From NCBI GenBank assembly GCA_009914755.4, contig CP068257.2, positions 11,328,001 through 11,392,000 of the forward strand: DNA of 64,000 nt. The letters run 5' to 3'. The translations under genes were made by a program, and so were the position numbers. Source of the stretch: the human T2T-CHM13v2.0 reference genome, Homo sapiens. Under the pieces are notes generated by a model. The model was given only the letters and a program-made list of their open reading frames with translations, ran no database searches and was not told the DNA's origin. Positions 1-16,402 of the stretch are shown here, piece after piece (position 1 is the stretch's first letter; each line of letters opens with the position of its first letter).

Positions 1-3000
1 ATGAATGCATATATCACAAACAAGTTTCTCATATTTCTTCTGTCTAGATTTTACGTGAAGATATTTACTTTTCTACCATAGACCGCAAATCGCTCCAAAT
101 GTCCACTTGCAGACTCTACAAGAAATAGTGGTACCAAACTGCTCAATTGAAAGAACGGTTCCACTCTGTGAGAAGAACGCACACATCACAAAGAAGTTTG
201 TCAGAATTCTTCTTTCTAGTTTTTATGTGAAGATATTTCCTTTTCCACCATAGGCCTCAAAGCGTTCAAAATGTCCACTTGCAGATTCTACAAAAAGAGA
301 GTTTCAAAACTGCTGAATCAAAAGAAAGTTTAAACTCTGTGAGATGAATGCACCCATCACTAAGAAGTTTCTCCGATTGTTTCTCTCTAGATTTTATGTG
401 AAGGTATTACTTTTTCTACCATAGGTCGCAAAGCGCTTCAAATATCCATTTGCAGATTCTACAAAAAAGAGTGTTTCCAAACTGCTCAATCAAAAGAAAG
501 GTTCAAGTCTGTGAGATGAATGCACACATTCCCAAGAAGTTTGTCAGAATTCTTCTGTCTAGTTTTTATGTGAAGATATTACCTTTTCCACCATAGGCCT
601 CAAAGCGCTCCAAATGTCCACTTGCAGATTCTACGAAAAGAGAGTTTCAAAACTGCTCAATCAAAAGAAAGGTTTAACTCTGTGAGATGAATGCACACAT
701 CACAAAGAAGTTTCTCAGATTGTTTCTGTCTAGATTTTATGTGAAGATATTTCTGTTTCAACAATAGGCCGCAAAGCGTTGCAAATGTCCACTTGCAGAT
801 TCTACAAAAAGAGTGTTTCCAAACTGCTCAATCAAAAGAAAATTTCAGCTTTGTGAGATGAACGCACACATCACAAAGAAGATTATCAGAATTCTTCTGT
901 CTAGTTTTTATGTGAAGCTATTTCCTTTTCCACCATAGGCCTCTAAACGCTCCAAATGTCCACTTCGAGATTCTACAAAAAGAGTGTTTCCAAACTGCTC
1001 AATCAAAAGAAAAGTTTAACTCTGTGAGATGAATGCACACATCACAAATAAGTTTCTCAGATGGGTTCTGTCTAGATTTTATGTGAAGATATTTCCTTTT
1101 CTACCATATGCCACATAGTTCTCCAAATGTCCACTTGCATATTCTACAGAAAGAGTGTTTCCAAACTGTTCAATCAAAAGATAGGTTCAAATCTGTGACA
1201 TGAATGCACACGTCCCAAAGAAGTTTCTCAGAATTCTTCTGTCTAGTTTTTATGTGCAGATATTTCCTTTTCCACTGTTGGCCTCAAAGAACTCCAAATA
1301 TCCACTAGCAGATTCTACAAAAACAGAACTTCAATACTGCTCAATCAGAAGAAAAGTTTAACTCCATGAGATGAATGCACACATCACAAAGAAGTTTCTC
1401 AGATTTCTTCTGTCTAGACTTTATGTGAAGATATTTCCTTTTCTACTACTGGACTCAAAGCGCTCCGAATGTGCACTTGCAGATTCTACAAAAGAGTGTT
1501 TCCAACCTGCTGTATCAAAAGAAAGTTTCAACTATGGGGGATGAAAGCACGCATCACAAAGAAGTTTTTCAGAATTCTTCTGTCTAGTTTTTATGTGAAG
1601 AGGTTTCCTTTTCTACCACAGGCCTAAAAGGGCTCGAAATGTCCACTTGCAGATACTACAAAAAGAGAGTTTCAAAACTGCTCAATAAAAAGAAAGGTTT
1701 AACTCTGTGAGATGAATGCACACATCACAAAGAAGTTTGTCAGATTGCTTCTGTCTAGATTTTATGTGAAGATATTTCCTTTTCTACCAAAGGCCGCAAA
1801 GCGCTAAAATTGTGCACATGTAGATTCTACAAAAAGAGTGTTTCCAAACAGCCCAATGAAAAGAAACTTTCAACTCTGTGTGATGAATGCACGCATCACA
1901 AAGTGATTTCATAGTATTCTTCTGTCTAGTTTTTATGTGAAGATATTTCCTTTTCCACCACAGTTCTCAAAGAGCTTCAAATGTCCACTTGCAGATTGTT
2001 CAAAAAGTGTGTTTCCAAACTGCTCGATCAAAAAAAGCTTAACTCTGTGAGATGAACACACACGTCACATAGATATTTCTCAGATTTCTTCTGTCTAGTT
2101 TTTATGTGAATGTATTTCATTTTCCACGGTAGGCCTCAAGGGGCTTGAAATGTCCACTTGCAGATTCCACAAAAAGAGTAATAAATAACTGGCCCATCAA
2201 AAGAAAGGTTCAAATCTGGGAGATGAATGCACATATCACAAAGTAGTTTCTCATATTGATTCTATCTAATTTTTATGTGAATATATTTCCTTTTCCACCA
2301 TAGGTCTCAAACCGCTCCAAATGTTCACTTGCAGAATCTACAAAAAGAGAGTTTCAAAACTGCTCAATCAAAAGAGAGGTTTAACTCTGTGAGATGAGCG
2401 TGCGCATCACAAAGAAGTTTCCCAGATTGCTTCTGTGTAGATTTTATGTCAAGATATTTCCTTTTCTACCATTGGCTGCAAAGTGCTCCAAATGTCCACT
2501 TGCAGATTCTACAAAAACAGTGTTTTCAAAAGGCTCAATAAAAAGAAAGGTTCAACTCTGTGAGATGAACGCACACATCACAAAGGAGTTTCTCAGAATT
2601 CTTCTGTCTAGTTTTTATGTGAAGATATTTCCTTTTCCACCAAGAGCCTGAAAGAGCTCCAAATGCCCAATTTCAGATTCAACAAAAAGAGAGATTCAGA
2701 ACTACTCAATCAAAGGAAAGTTTTAACTCTGAGAGATAAATGCACACATCAAAAAGAAGTTTCTGAGATTGCTTCTGTCTAGATTTAATGTGAAGATATT
2801 TCCTTTTCTACCATAGGCCACAAAGTGCACCAAATGTCCACTTGCAGATTCTACAAAAAGAGTGTTTCCAAACTGCTCAATCAAAAGAAAGGTTCAACTC
2901 TGTGAGATGAATGCACACATCAGAAAGAAGTTTCTCAGATTGCTTCTGTCTAGATTTTATGTGAAGATATTCCCTGTTCTACAATAGGCTGCAAAGCGCT

Positions 3001-6000
3001 CCTAATTTCCACTTGCCGATTCTATAAATAGAGTGTTTCCAAACTGCTCAATCAATAGAAAGTTTCAACTCTGTGAGATGAACGCACACATCACAAAGAA
3101 GTTTCTCAGATTGCTTCTGTCTAGATTTTATGTGAAGATATTTCTTTTTTCTACCATAGGCCTCAAAGCGCTCCAAATATCCACTTGCACATTCTACAAA
3201 AAGAGTGTTTTCAGACAGCTCAATCCAAACAAAAATTCAACTCTGTGAGATGAACGCACACATCAGAAAGAAGTTTCTCAAAATGCTTCTATCTAGTTTT
3301 TATGTGAAGATATTTCCTTTTCCACCATAGGCCTCAAAGAACTCCAAATGTCCATTTGCAGATTCTACAAAAAGAGAGTTTCAAAACTGCTCCATCAAAA
3401 GAAAGGTTTTACTCTGTGAAATGAATTCACACATCACAAAGAAGTTTCTCAGATTGCTTCTGTCTAGTTCTTAGGTGAAGATATTTCCTTTTCCACCACA
3501 GGCCTTAAAGCGCTCCAAATGTCCACTTGCAGATTCTACAAAAAGAGAGTTTGAAAACTGCTCAATCAAAAGAAAGTTTTAACTCTTTGAGATGAAAGGA
3601 CACACCACAAAGAAGTATCTCAGATTGCTTCTGTCTAGATTTTATGTGAAGACATTTTCTATTCTAACATAGGCTGCAAAGAGCTCTAAATATCCACTTG
3701 CAGATCCTTCAAAAACAGTATTTCCATACTGCTCAATGAAAAGAATGATTCAACACTGCAAGATGAAGGCACGCATCACAAGGAAGGTTCTCAGAATTCT
3801 TCAGTCTGGTTTTTATGTGAAGATAATTGCCTTTTCCAACATAGGCTTCAAAGGCCTCCAAATGTCAACTTGCAGATTCTCCAAAAAGAGACTTTCAAAG
3901 CCGCTCAGTCAAAAAATGTTTAATTCTGTGAGTTAAATTCACACGTCACAAAGAATTTTCTCAAATTTCTTCTTTCTAGATTTTATCTGAAGATATTTCC
4001 TTTTCCAGCATGGGCCTCAAAGTGTTCCAACTGTCCACTTGCAGATTCTGCAAAAAGAGAGTTTCAAAACTGCTCAATCAAAAGAAAGGTTTACCTCTTT
4101 GAGATGAGTACACACATAACAAAGAAGTTTCTCAGATTGCTTCTGTCTAGATTTTATGTGAAGATATTTCCTTTTCTACTATAGGCCACAAAGTGCTGAA
4201 CATGTCCACTTGCAGATTCTACAAAAAAAAATTTTCCAAACTGCTCAATCAAAAGAAAGGTTCAACTCTGTGAGATGAACGCACACATTTCAAAGAAGTT
4301 TCTCAGAATTCTTCTGTCTAGCTTTTATGTGAAGATACTTCATTTTCCACCACAGGCCTCAAGGCGCTTGAAATGTCCACATGCAGATTCCACAAAAAGA
4401 GTATTTCAAAACTGGTCCATCAGAGGAAAGGTACAGACAGCTCTGTTGAATGAATGCACCCTAAAAAGAATTTTCTCAGATTGCTTCTGTCTAGATTTTA
4501 TGTGAATATATTCCCTTTTCTACCATAGGCCGCAAAGCGTTCCAAATGTCCACTTACAGATACTACAAAAAGAGTGTTTTCAAACTGCTCAATCAAAAGA
4601 AAGGTTGAACTCTGTGAGATGAACCCAAACATCACAAAGAAGTTTCTCAGAATTCTTCTGTCTAGTTGTTACTTGAAGATGTTTCCTTTTCCAACATAGA
4701 AGTTTTTCAGATTGCTTCTCTCTAGATTTTATGTGAAGATATTTCTTTTTCCACCGTAGGCCTCAATGCATTCCAAATGTCAACTTGCAGATTCTACAAA
4801 AAGAGAGTTTCAAAACTGCTCAAAAAAAGAAAGATTTAACTCTGTGAGATGAACACTGCTTCTGTCTAGATTTTATCTGAAGACATTTCCTGTTCTACCA
4901 TAGGTCGCAAAGCACTCCAAATTTCCACTTGCCGATTCCACAAAAAGAGGGTCTCCAAACAGCTCAATGAAAAGAAAGTTTCAACTCTGTGAGATGAAAG
5001 GACACATCACAAGGAAGTTTCTCAGATTGCTTCTGTCTAGATTTTATATGAAGATATTTCTTTTTTCTAACATAGGCTGCAAAGCGTTCCAAATGTCCAC
5101 TTGCAGATTTTTACAAAAAGAGTGTTTCCAAACTGCTCAATCAAAAGAAAAGTTCAACTCTGTGAGATGAACGCACACATCACAAATACGTTTCTCAGAA
5201 TTCTTCTGTCTTGTATTTATGTGAAAATATTTCCTTTTCCAGCATAGGCCTCAAAGCCCTCCAAATGTCCACTTTCAGATTCTACAAAAAGAGAGATTCA
5301 AAAGTGCTCAATCAAAAGAAAGGTTTTACTGTGTGAGATGAATGCATACATTGTAAAGAAGTTTCTCAGATTGCTTCTTTCTAGATTTTATCTGAGGATA
5401 TCTCCTTTTCCACCATATGCCTCAAAGTACTCCAAATGTCCACTTTCAGATTCTACAAAAAGAGAGTTTCAAAACTTCTCAATCAAAGGAAAGGTTTAAC
5501 TCTGTGAGATGAATGCACACATTTACCAAGAAGTTTCTCAGATTTCTTCTGTCTAGATTTTATGTGAAGATATTTCCTTTTCTAAAATAGGCCGCAAAGC
5601 GCTCCAAATATCCACTTGCAGATTCTACAAGAAGAGTATTTCCAATGTGCTCAATCAAAAGAAATGTTCAACCCTGTTAGATGAATGCACACATAGCAAA
5701 GCAATTTCTCATATTACTTCTGTCTAGATTTTACGTGAAGATATTCCTTTTTTCTACCATAGGCTGCAAAGAGCTCCAGATGTCCACTTGCAAATTCTAG
5801 AAAAAGAGTGTTTTCAAACTGCTCCATCCAAAAAAAGTTCAACTCTGTGAGATGAATGCACACATCACAAAGAAGTTTCTCAGAATTCTTCCGTCTAGTT
5901 TTTATGTGAAGATATTTCCTTTTCCACCGTAGGCCTCAAAGCGCTCCAAATGTTCACTTCCAGATTTTAAAGACAGAGTGTTTCCAAACTGGTCAATCAA

Positions 6001-9000
6001 AAGAAAGGTTGAACTCTGTGAGATGAACTCACGCATCAAAAAGAAGTTTGTCAGAATTCTTCTGTCTAGTTTTTATGTGAAGATATTTCCTTTTCTACCA
6101 TAGGCCACAAAGCACTACAAATGTCCAATTGCAGATTCTACAAAAAGAGATTTTCAAAACTCCTCAACCAAAGAGAATTTTAACTCTGTGAGACGAATGC
6201 ACACATCACAAAGAAGTTTCTCAGATTACTTCTGCCTAGATTTTATGTGAAGATATTTCCTTTTCTACCACAGGCCGCAAAGCTCTCCAAATGTCCACTT
6301 GAAGATTCAACAAAAAGAATGTTTTCAAACTGCTCAAACAATAGAAATTATCAACTCTGTGAGATGAAAGCATGCATCACCAAGAGGTTTCTCAGAATTC
6401 TTCTATTTTTTATGTGAAGATATTTCCTTTTCCACCATAGGCCTCAAAGTGCTCCAAATGTCCACTTCTAGATTCTACAGAAAGAGTGTTTCCAAAATGC
6501 TCAATCAAAAGAGGTTTAAATCTGTGAGATGAATGCACACATCACAAAGAAGTTTCTAAGAATGCTTCTGTCTAGATTTTATGTGAGGATATTTCCTTTT
6601 CTACCATAGGCTGCAAAACGCTTCAAATGTCCACTTGCAGATACTACAAAAATAGTGTTTCCAAACAGCTCAATCAAATGAAAGTATCAACTCTGTGAGA
6701 TGAACCCACACATCACAAACTGCTTTCTCAGAATTCTTCTGTCTAGTTTTTATGGGAAGATAGTTCCTTTTCCACCATAGGCCTCAAAGCGCTCCAAATA
6801 TCCACTAGCGGATTCTACAAAAAGAGTGTTTCAAAACTGCTCAGTCAAAAGAATGATTAACTCTGTGAGATGAATCCACACATCACAAAGAAATTTCTCA
6901 GATTCCTTCTGTCTAGATTTTATGTGAAGATATTTCCTTTTCTACCATAGGCCACAAAGAGCTCCAAATTTCCACTTGCAGAATCTCCAAATGAGTTGTT
7001 TCCAAACTGCAGAATCAAAAGAAAGTTTCAACTCTGGGAGTTGAACACTCGCATCACAAAGAGGTTTCTAATAATTCTGTCTAGTTTTTATGTGAAGATA
7101 ATTCCTTTTCCACCATAGGTTGCAAAGCGCTCCAAAAGTCCACTTGCAGATTCTACTGAAAGAATGTTTCCAACAGCTCAATCAAAAGAAAAGTTCAACT
7201 CTGTGAGATGAATGCACACATCACAAAGAAGTTTCTCAGGATTCTTCTGTCTAGTTTTTATGTGAAGATATTTCCTTTTCCACCATTGAACTCAAAGCAC
7301 TGCAAATGTCCACTTGCCGATCCTAAAAAATGATTTTCCAAACTGCTCAATCAAAAGAAAATTTTAACTCTGTGAGATGAATGCACACAACACACAGAAG
7401 TTTCTGAGATTGCTTCTGTCTAGATTTTATGTGAAGATATTTGCTGTTCTTCCGTAGGCCACAAAGCCCTCCAAATGTCCACTTGCAGATTCGACAAAAA
7501 GAGTGGTTGCAAAGTGCTTAATCAAAAGAAAGGTTCAACTCTGTGAGATTAATGCACGCATCACAAAGAAGTTTCTCAGATTTCTTCTGTCTGGTTTTTA
7601 TGGGACGATATTTCCTTTTCCACCATTGGACACAAAGGGCTCCAAAAGTCCACTTGCAGATTTTACAAAAACAGAGTTTCAATACACCTCAATCAAAAGA
7701 AAGTTTTAACTCTCTGGGATGAATGCACATATCACAATATCACAAAGATGCTTCTCAGATTGCTTCTGTCAAGATTTTATATGAAGATATTTCCTTTTCT
7801 ACCATAGGGCGCAAAGCACTCCAAATGTCCAGTTGCAGATTCTACAAAAAGAGAGTTTCAAAACTGCTAAATCAAAAGAAACTTTTAATTCTGTGGGATG
7901 AATGCACACATCACAAAGAAGTTTCTCAGATTGCTTCTGTCTAGATTTTATATGAAGATATTTCCTTTTCTACCATTGGCTGCAAAGCTCTCCAAATGTC
8001 CACTTGCAGATTCTACAAAAAGAGTGTTTCCAAACTGCTCAATCTAAGGAAAGTTCCAACTCTGTGAGATGAACGCAGACATCTCAAAGAAGTTTCTCAG
8101 AATTCTTCTGTGTAGTTTTTATATGAAAGTATTAACTTTTCCACCACATGCATCAAATCGCTCCAAATGTCCACTTGCAGATTCTACAAAAAGAGAGTTT
8201 CAAATCTGCTCTATCAAAAGAAAGGTTTACTTCTTTGAGATGAATGCACACATCACAAAGAAGTTTCTCAGTTTGCTTCTGTCTGCAATTTATGTGAAGA
8301 TATTTCCTGTTCTAACATAGACCTCAGAGCACTCCAAATGTCCACTTGCAGATTCTACCAAAAGAGTGTTTCCAAACTGCTCATTCAAAGAAATGTTCAA
8401 CTTTCTAAATGAATGCACACATCATAAAGAACTTTCTCAGAATTCTTCTGTCTAGTTTTTATGTGAAGATAACACCATAGGCCTCAAAGCCTTCAAAATG
8501 TCCAGTTGCAGATTCTACAAAAAGAGGGTTTCCAAAGTGCTCAGTCAAAAGAAAGGTTTACTCTGTGAGATGAATACACACACCACAAAGAAGCTTGTCA
8601 GGTTGCTTTTATCTAGATTTTATGTGAGGATATTTCCTTTTCTACCATAGGCAACAAAGCACTCCAATAGTCCACTTGCAGATTCTACAAAAAGAATGTT
8701 TCTAAACTGCTCAATCAAAAGGAAGATTCAACTTTCTGAGATAAACTCATACATCACAAAGGAGATTCTCAGAATTCTTCTGTCAAGTTTTTATGTGAAG
8801 ATATTTCCTTTTCCACCATAGGACTCAAAACTATCCAAATGTCCACTTGCAAATTCTACAAACACAGAGTTTCAAAACTGCTCAGTCAAAAGAAAGTTTG
8901 AACTCTGTGAGATGAATGCACACATGCCAAAGAAGTTTCTCAGATTCCTTCTGTCTAGATTTTTTGTGAAGATATTACCTTTTCTACCATAGTCCGCATA

Positions 9001-9659
9001 GCGCTGAAAATGTCCACTTGCAGAATCTCCAAAAACAGTGTTTCCAAACTGGTGAATCAAAAGAAAGTTTCAACTATTTGAGTTGAAGGCACACATCACA
9101 AAGAAGATTCTGAGAATACTTCTGTCTAGTTTTTCTGTGAAGATATTTCCTTTTCCACTATAGGCCCAAAAGCGCTACAAATGTCCACTAGCGGATTCTA
9201 CAAAAAGAGTGTTTCAGAACTTCTCAATCAAAAGAAAGGTTTAACTCTGTGAGTTGAATGTACACATCACAAAGAAGTTTCTGAGAATGCTGCTGTCTAG
9301 ATTTTATATGAAGATATTCTCGTTTCCAAGGAGGGCCTCAAAGGGTACCTAATATCCACTTGCAGATTCTACTAAAGGAGTGTTTCAAAATGACTCTATG
9401 ATAAGGTATGTTCCACTCTGTGAGTTGAAGGCAAACATCAAAAAGAAGTTTCTGAGAATGCTTCTCTCTAGTTTAGATGGGAAGATACTTCCTTTTCCAC
9501 TATAGGCCTCAAAGTGTTCCAAGTGTCCACTTGCAGATTCTACAAAAAGAGTGTTTCAAAACTGCTCTATCAAAAGAAAGTTTCAACTCTGTGAAGTGAA
9601 TGCACACATTACAAACAAGTTTCTGAGAATGCTTCTGTCTAGTTTTTATGTGAAGATAT

Positions 9660-9676
9660 TCCCGTTTCCAACGAAG
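9660..9676 (-). promoter_or_regulatory. Intact CENP-B box (17-bp CENP-B binding motif) inside a B-type alpha monomer
   Basis: The sequence tCCCGtTTCCAACGAAg is the reverse complement of the canonical nTTCGTTGGAAnCGGGn. All essential TTCG/A/CGGG positions are present. Confidence 0.7.
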
Positions 9677-11706
9677 GCCTCAAAGCAGTCCAAATATCCA
9701 CTAGCATATTCTACAAAAAGAGTGTTTCAAAACTGCCCCCATGAAAATGAATATTCAACTCTGTGAGTAGAATGCAAACATCACAAAGAAGTTTCTGAGA
9801 ATGCTTCTGCCTAGTTTTTATGTGAAGATATTTCCTTTCCCACCATAAGCCCCAAAGCGCTCCAAATGTCCACTTACAGAATCTACAAAAGAGTGTTTCA
9901 AACCTGCTCTATCAAAAGAAAGGTACAACTCTGTGAATTGAATGCAAATATCACAAAGAAGTTTCTGAGAATGCTTCTGTCTAGATTTTATGTGAAGATA
10001 TATCCTTTTCTAACTTAGGCTGCAAAGCGCTTCAAATGTCTACTTACAGAATCTACAAAAAGAGTTTTTCCATAATTCTCAATCAAAAGAAAGTTTCAAC
10101 TCTGTGAGATAAACGCACACATCACAAAGAAGTTTCTCAGAATTCTTCTCTCTAGTTTTTATGTGAAGATATTTCCTTTTCCACCATAGGCCTCAAAGCA
10201 CTCCAAATGTCCACTTGCAGATTCTACAAAAAAAGAGGTTCAAAACTGCTCAATCAAAAGAAAGGTTTAACTCTGTGAGATGAATACACACATCACAAAG
10301 AGGTTTCTCACATTGGTTCTGTCTAGATTTTATGTGAAGATATTTCCTTTAATAACAGGTCGCAAAGCCCTCCTAATGCCCACTTGCAGATTCTACAAAA
10401 AGAGTGTCTGTAAACTGCTCTATCAAAAGGAAGTTTCAACTCTGTGAGAAGAACTCACATATCACAAAGAAGTTTCTCAGAATTCCTCTGTCTAGTTTTT
10501 ATGTGAAGATATTTCCTTTCCCACCATAGGCCTCAAAGTGCTCCAAATGTCCACTTGCAGATTCTACAAAAAGAATGTCTCAAACCTGCTCTATCAAAAG
10601 AAAGGTTCAACTCAGTGAGTTGAATGCACACAGCACAAAGAAGTTTCTGAGAAATCTTCTGTCTAGTGATTATGTGAAGATATTCCCGTTTCCAATGAAG
10701 GCCTCTAACCGGTCCAATTAAACTCGTGCAGATTCTACTAAAAGAGTGTTTCAAAACTGCTCTATGAAAAGGTTTGTTCAACTCTGTGAGTTGAAGGCAA
10801 ACATCACAAAGAAGTTTCTGAGAATGCTTCTGTGGTTTTCATGGGAAGATATTTTCTTTTCCACTATAGGTATCAAATTGCTCAAATGTCCACTTGCAGA
10901 GTCTACAAAAAGATTGTTTTAAACCTGTTCTATCAAAAGAAAGTTTCAACTCTGTGAGTTGAATGCACACAGCACAAAGAACTTTATGAGAAAGCTTCTG
11001 TCTAGTGTTTATGTGAAGATATTCCCGTTTCCAAGGAATGCCTCAAAGCGGTCCAAATATCCACTTGCAGATTCTACTAAAAGAGTGACTCAAAACTGCT
11101 CTATGGTAAAGTATTTTCAACTCTGTGAGTGGAATGCAAACATCACAAAGACGTTTCTGAGAATGCTTCTTTCTAGTTTTTCAGTGAAGATATTTCCTTT
11201 TCCACTATAGGCCTCAAAGCGTTCCAAATGTCCACTTGCAGATTCTGCAAAAAGAGTGTTTCAAATCTGCTCTATCAAAAGAAAGGTTCAACTCTGTGAG
11301 TTGAATGCACACATCACAAAGAAGTTTCTGAGTATGCTTCTGTCTAGTTTTTCTGCGAAGATATTTCCTTTTACACCATAGGCCTCAAAGTTCTCCAAAT
11401 GTCCCCTTGCAGATTATACAAAAAGAATGTTTCAAAACAGCTCTATCAAAAGAAACGTTCAACGATGTGAGGTGAATGCACATATCACAAAGAAGCTTCA
11501 GAGAATGCTTCTGTCTGGTTCTTATGTGAAGATATTTCTTTTTCCACAATAGGCATCAAAGCTCTCCAAATGTCCAGTTGCAGATTCTACAAAAAGAGTG
11601 TTTCAAAACTGACCTATCAAAAGAAAGGGTCAACTCTGTGAGTTGAATGCACACATCACAAAGAAGTTTCTGAGAATGCATCTGTCTAGTTTTTATGTGA
11701 AGACAT

Positions 11707-11723
11707 TCCCGTTTCCAACGAAG
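11707..11723 (-). promoter_or_regulatory. Intact CENP-B box in a second B-type alpha monomer
   Basis: The sequence tCCCGtTTCCAACGAAg is identical to the box at 9660. Confidence 0.7.
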
Positions 11724-13422
11724 GCCTCAAAGCAGTCCAAATATCCACTAGGAGATTCTACAAAAACAATCTGTCAAAACTGCTCCATGAAAACGTGTGT
11801 TCAACTCTGTGAGTTGAGTGCAAACATCACAAGGAAGTTTCTGAGAATGCTTGTGTCTAGTTTTTATGCGAAGATAATTCCTCTTCCACCATAGACCTCA
11901 AAGCCTTCCAAAGGTCCACTTGCAGATTCTACAAAAAGAGTGTTTCATACTTGGTCTATCAAAAGAAAGGTTCAAATCTGTCAATTGAATGCACACCTCA
12001 GAAAGAAGTTTCTGAGAATGCTTCTGTCTAGTGTTTATGTGAAGATATTCCCTTTTCCTAAGAAGGCTTCAAATCGGTCCAAATATCTACTTGCAGGTTA
12101 TACGAAAAGAGTGTTTCAAAACTGCTCTATGAAAAGGAAGGTTCAACTCTGTGAGTTGAATGCAAACATCACAAAGAAGTTTGTGAGAATGCTTCTATCT
12201 GGTTTTTATGTGAAGATATTTCCGTTTCTACCATAGGCCTCAAAGCTCTCAAAATGTCCACATGCAGATACTGCAAAAAGTGTTTCAAATCTGCTCTATC
12301 AAAAGAAAGTTTCAAGTCTGTGAGTTGAATGCACACATCACAAAGAAGTTTCTGAGAATGCTTCTGTCTAGTTTTTATGTGAAGATATTTCCTTTACCAC
12401 CATAGGCCTCAAAGCTCTCCAAATGTCCACTTGCAGATTCTACAAGAAGAGTGTCTCAAACCTGCTCTATCAAAAGAAAGGTTCAACTCAGTGAGATGAA
12501 TGCACACATCAAAAAGAAGTTTCTGAGAATGCTTCTGTCTAGTTTTAATGTGAAGATATTCCCGTTTCCAATGAAAGCCTCAAATAAGTCCAAATATCCA
12601 CTAGCAGATTCTGCAAAAAGAGTGTTTCAAAACTTCTCAATCAAAAGAAAGGTTCAACTCTTTGAGATGTACGCACAAATCACAAAGAAGTTTCTCAGTA
12701 TTTTTTGTCTAGTTTTTATGTGAAAATATTTACTTTTCCACTGTAGGCCTCAAAGCGCTCCAAATGTCAACTTGCAGATTTTACAAAAAGAGAGTTTCAA
12801 GACAGCTCAATCAAAAGAAAGTTTTAACTCTGTGAGATGAATGCACACATCACAAAGAAGTCTCTCAGATTCATCCTATCTAGATTTTATGGGAATATAT
12901 TTCCTTTTCTAACATAGGCTGCAAAGCGCTCTAAATGTCCACTTGCGGATTCCACAAAAAGAGTGTTTCCAAACTGCTTAATCAAAACAAAGGTTCAACT
13001 CTGTGAGATAAACGCATGCATCACAAAGAAGCTTCTCCGAATTCTTCTGTGTAGTTTTGATGTGAAAATATTTCCTTTTCCTCCTCAGGCCTAAAAGCGC
13101 TCCAAATGTTTTCTTGCAGATTCTACAAAAAGAGAGATTCAAAACTGCTCAATCAAAACAAAGGCTTAACTCTTTGAGATCAGTGCACACTTCACAAAGA
13201 AGTTTCTAAAAATGCTTCTGTCTAGTTTTTATGTGAAGATATTTCATTTTCCACCGTAGGCCTCAAAGCACTCCAAATATCCACTTGCACATTCAACAAA
13301 AAGAGAGTTTCAAAACTGCTCAATCAAAAGTAAGAGTTAACTCTGTGAGATGAATGCACACATCCCAAAGAAGTTTCTCAGATTGCTTCTGTCTAGATTT
13401 TATGTGGAGCTATATCCTTTTC

Positions 13423-15922
<2,500 letters not shown>

Positions 15923-16027
15923 TTAAAGGCTCAAAATCTCAAATGCAGAAAGAATGACTTTTAAATATCCTACATATTTAAACCATTTATTTTATACAAC
16001 AATCCCATAGATGCAAAACTACTACTA

Positions 16028-16261
<234 letters not shown>

Positions 16262-16295
16262 TTACTTCTTTTACACTTGCTCTTCTGTGTTTAGT

Positions 16296-16359
16296 TTCAA
16301 AATTATCATCTTCATGCAAAGTATTTAGCACAGTGCCTGGCAGATAGAAAAGGTTAACT

Positions 16360-16360
<1 letters not shown>
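16296..16360 (+). mobile_element. MIR fragment (3' core)
   Basis: The fragment 'tatttagcacagtgcctggcagatag…ttaactattatt' matches the MIR consensus 'gcgcttagcacagtgcctggcacatagtaagcgctcaataaatgttagctattatt'. Confidence 0.4.
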
Positions 16361-16399
<39 letters not shown>

Positions 16400-16402
16400 T
16401 TT
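16361..16402. repeat. (TTTA)n microsatellite, the A-rich tail side of the adjacent minus-strand Alu
   Basis: The unit tttatttatttatttattt repeats about 10 times. Confidence 0.9.

Larger units (their letters stand above)
1..13422. repeat. Alpha-satellite (alphoid) tandem array, ~78 monomers of ~171 bp, diverged/monomeric organisation; shown as reverse complement of the conventional consensus orientation
   Basis: The landmark 'gagatgaatgcacacatcacaaagaagtttctcag...ccaccataggcctcaaagcgctccaaatgtccacttgcagattctacaaaaagagtgtttccaaactgctcaatcaaaagaaaggtt' recurs every 170-171 nt from nt 1 to ~13,420. Adjacent monomers differ by roughly 10-25%. The many short ORFs in the track are repeat artefacts. 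Confidence 0.97.

Noticed and set aside
1-13422. Dozens of 60-100-aa ORFs in the six-frame track (for example 2394..2651, 3033..3248, 11940..12236) with recurring peptides like 'MNAHITKKFLR(M/I)LLSSFYVKIFPFP'
   Set aside because: They are artefacts of translating 171-bp alpha-satellite monomers. The same peptide recurs at the monomer period, with no start/stop context, codon bias or homology to proteins.
1-13422. Regularly spaced ~171-bp direct repeats, considered as a CRISPR-like array
   Set aside because: There are no unique spacers: the entire unit is homologous from copy to copy, as in a satellite. The unit sequence is the human alphoid consensus, and the surrounding Alu/L1 content shows this is primate nuclear DNA.
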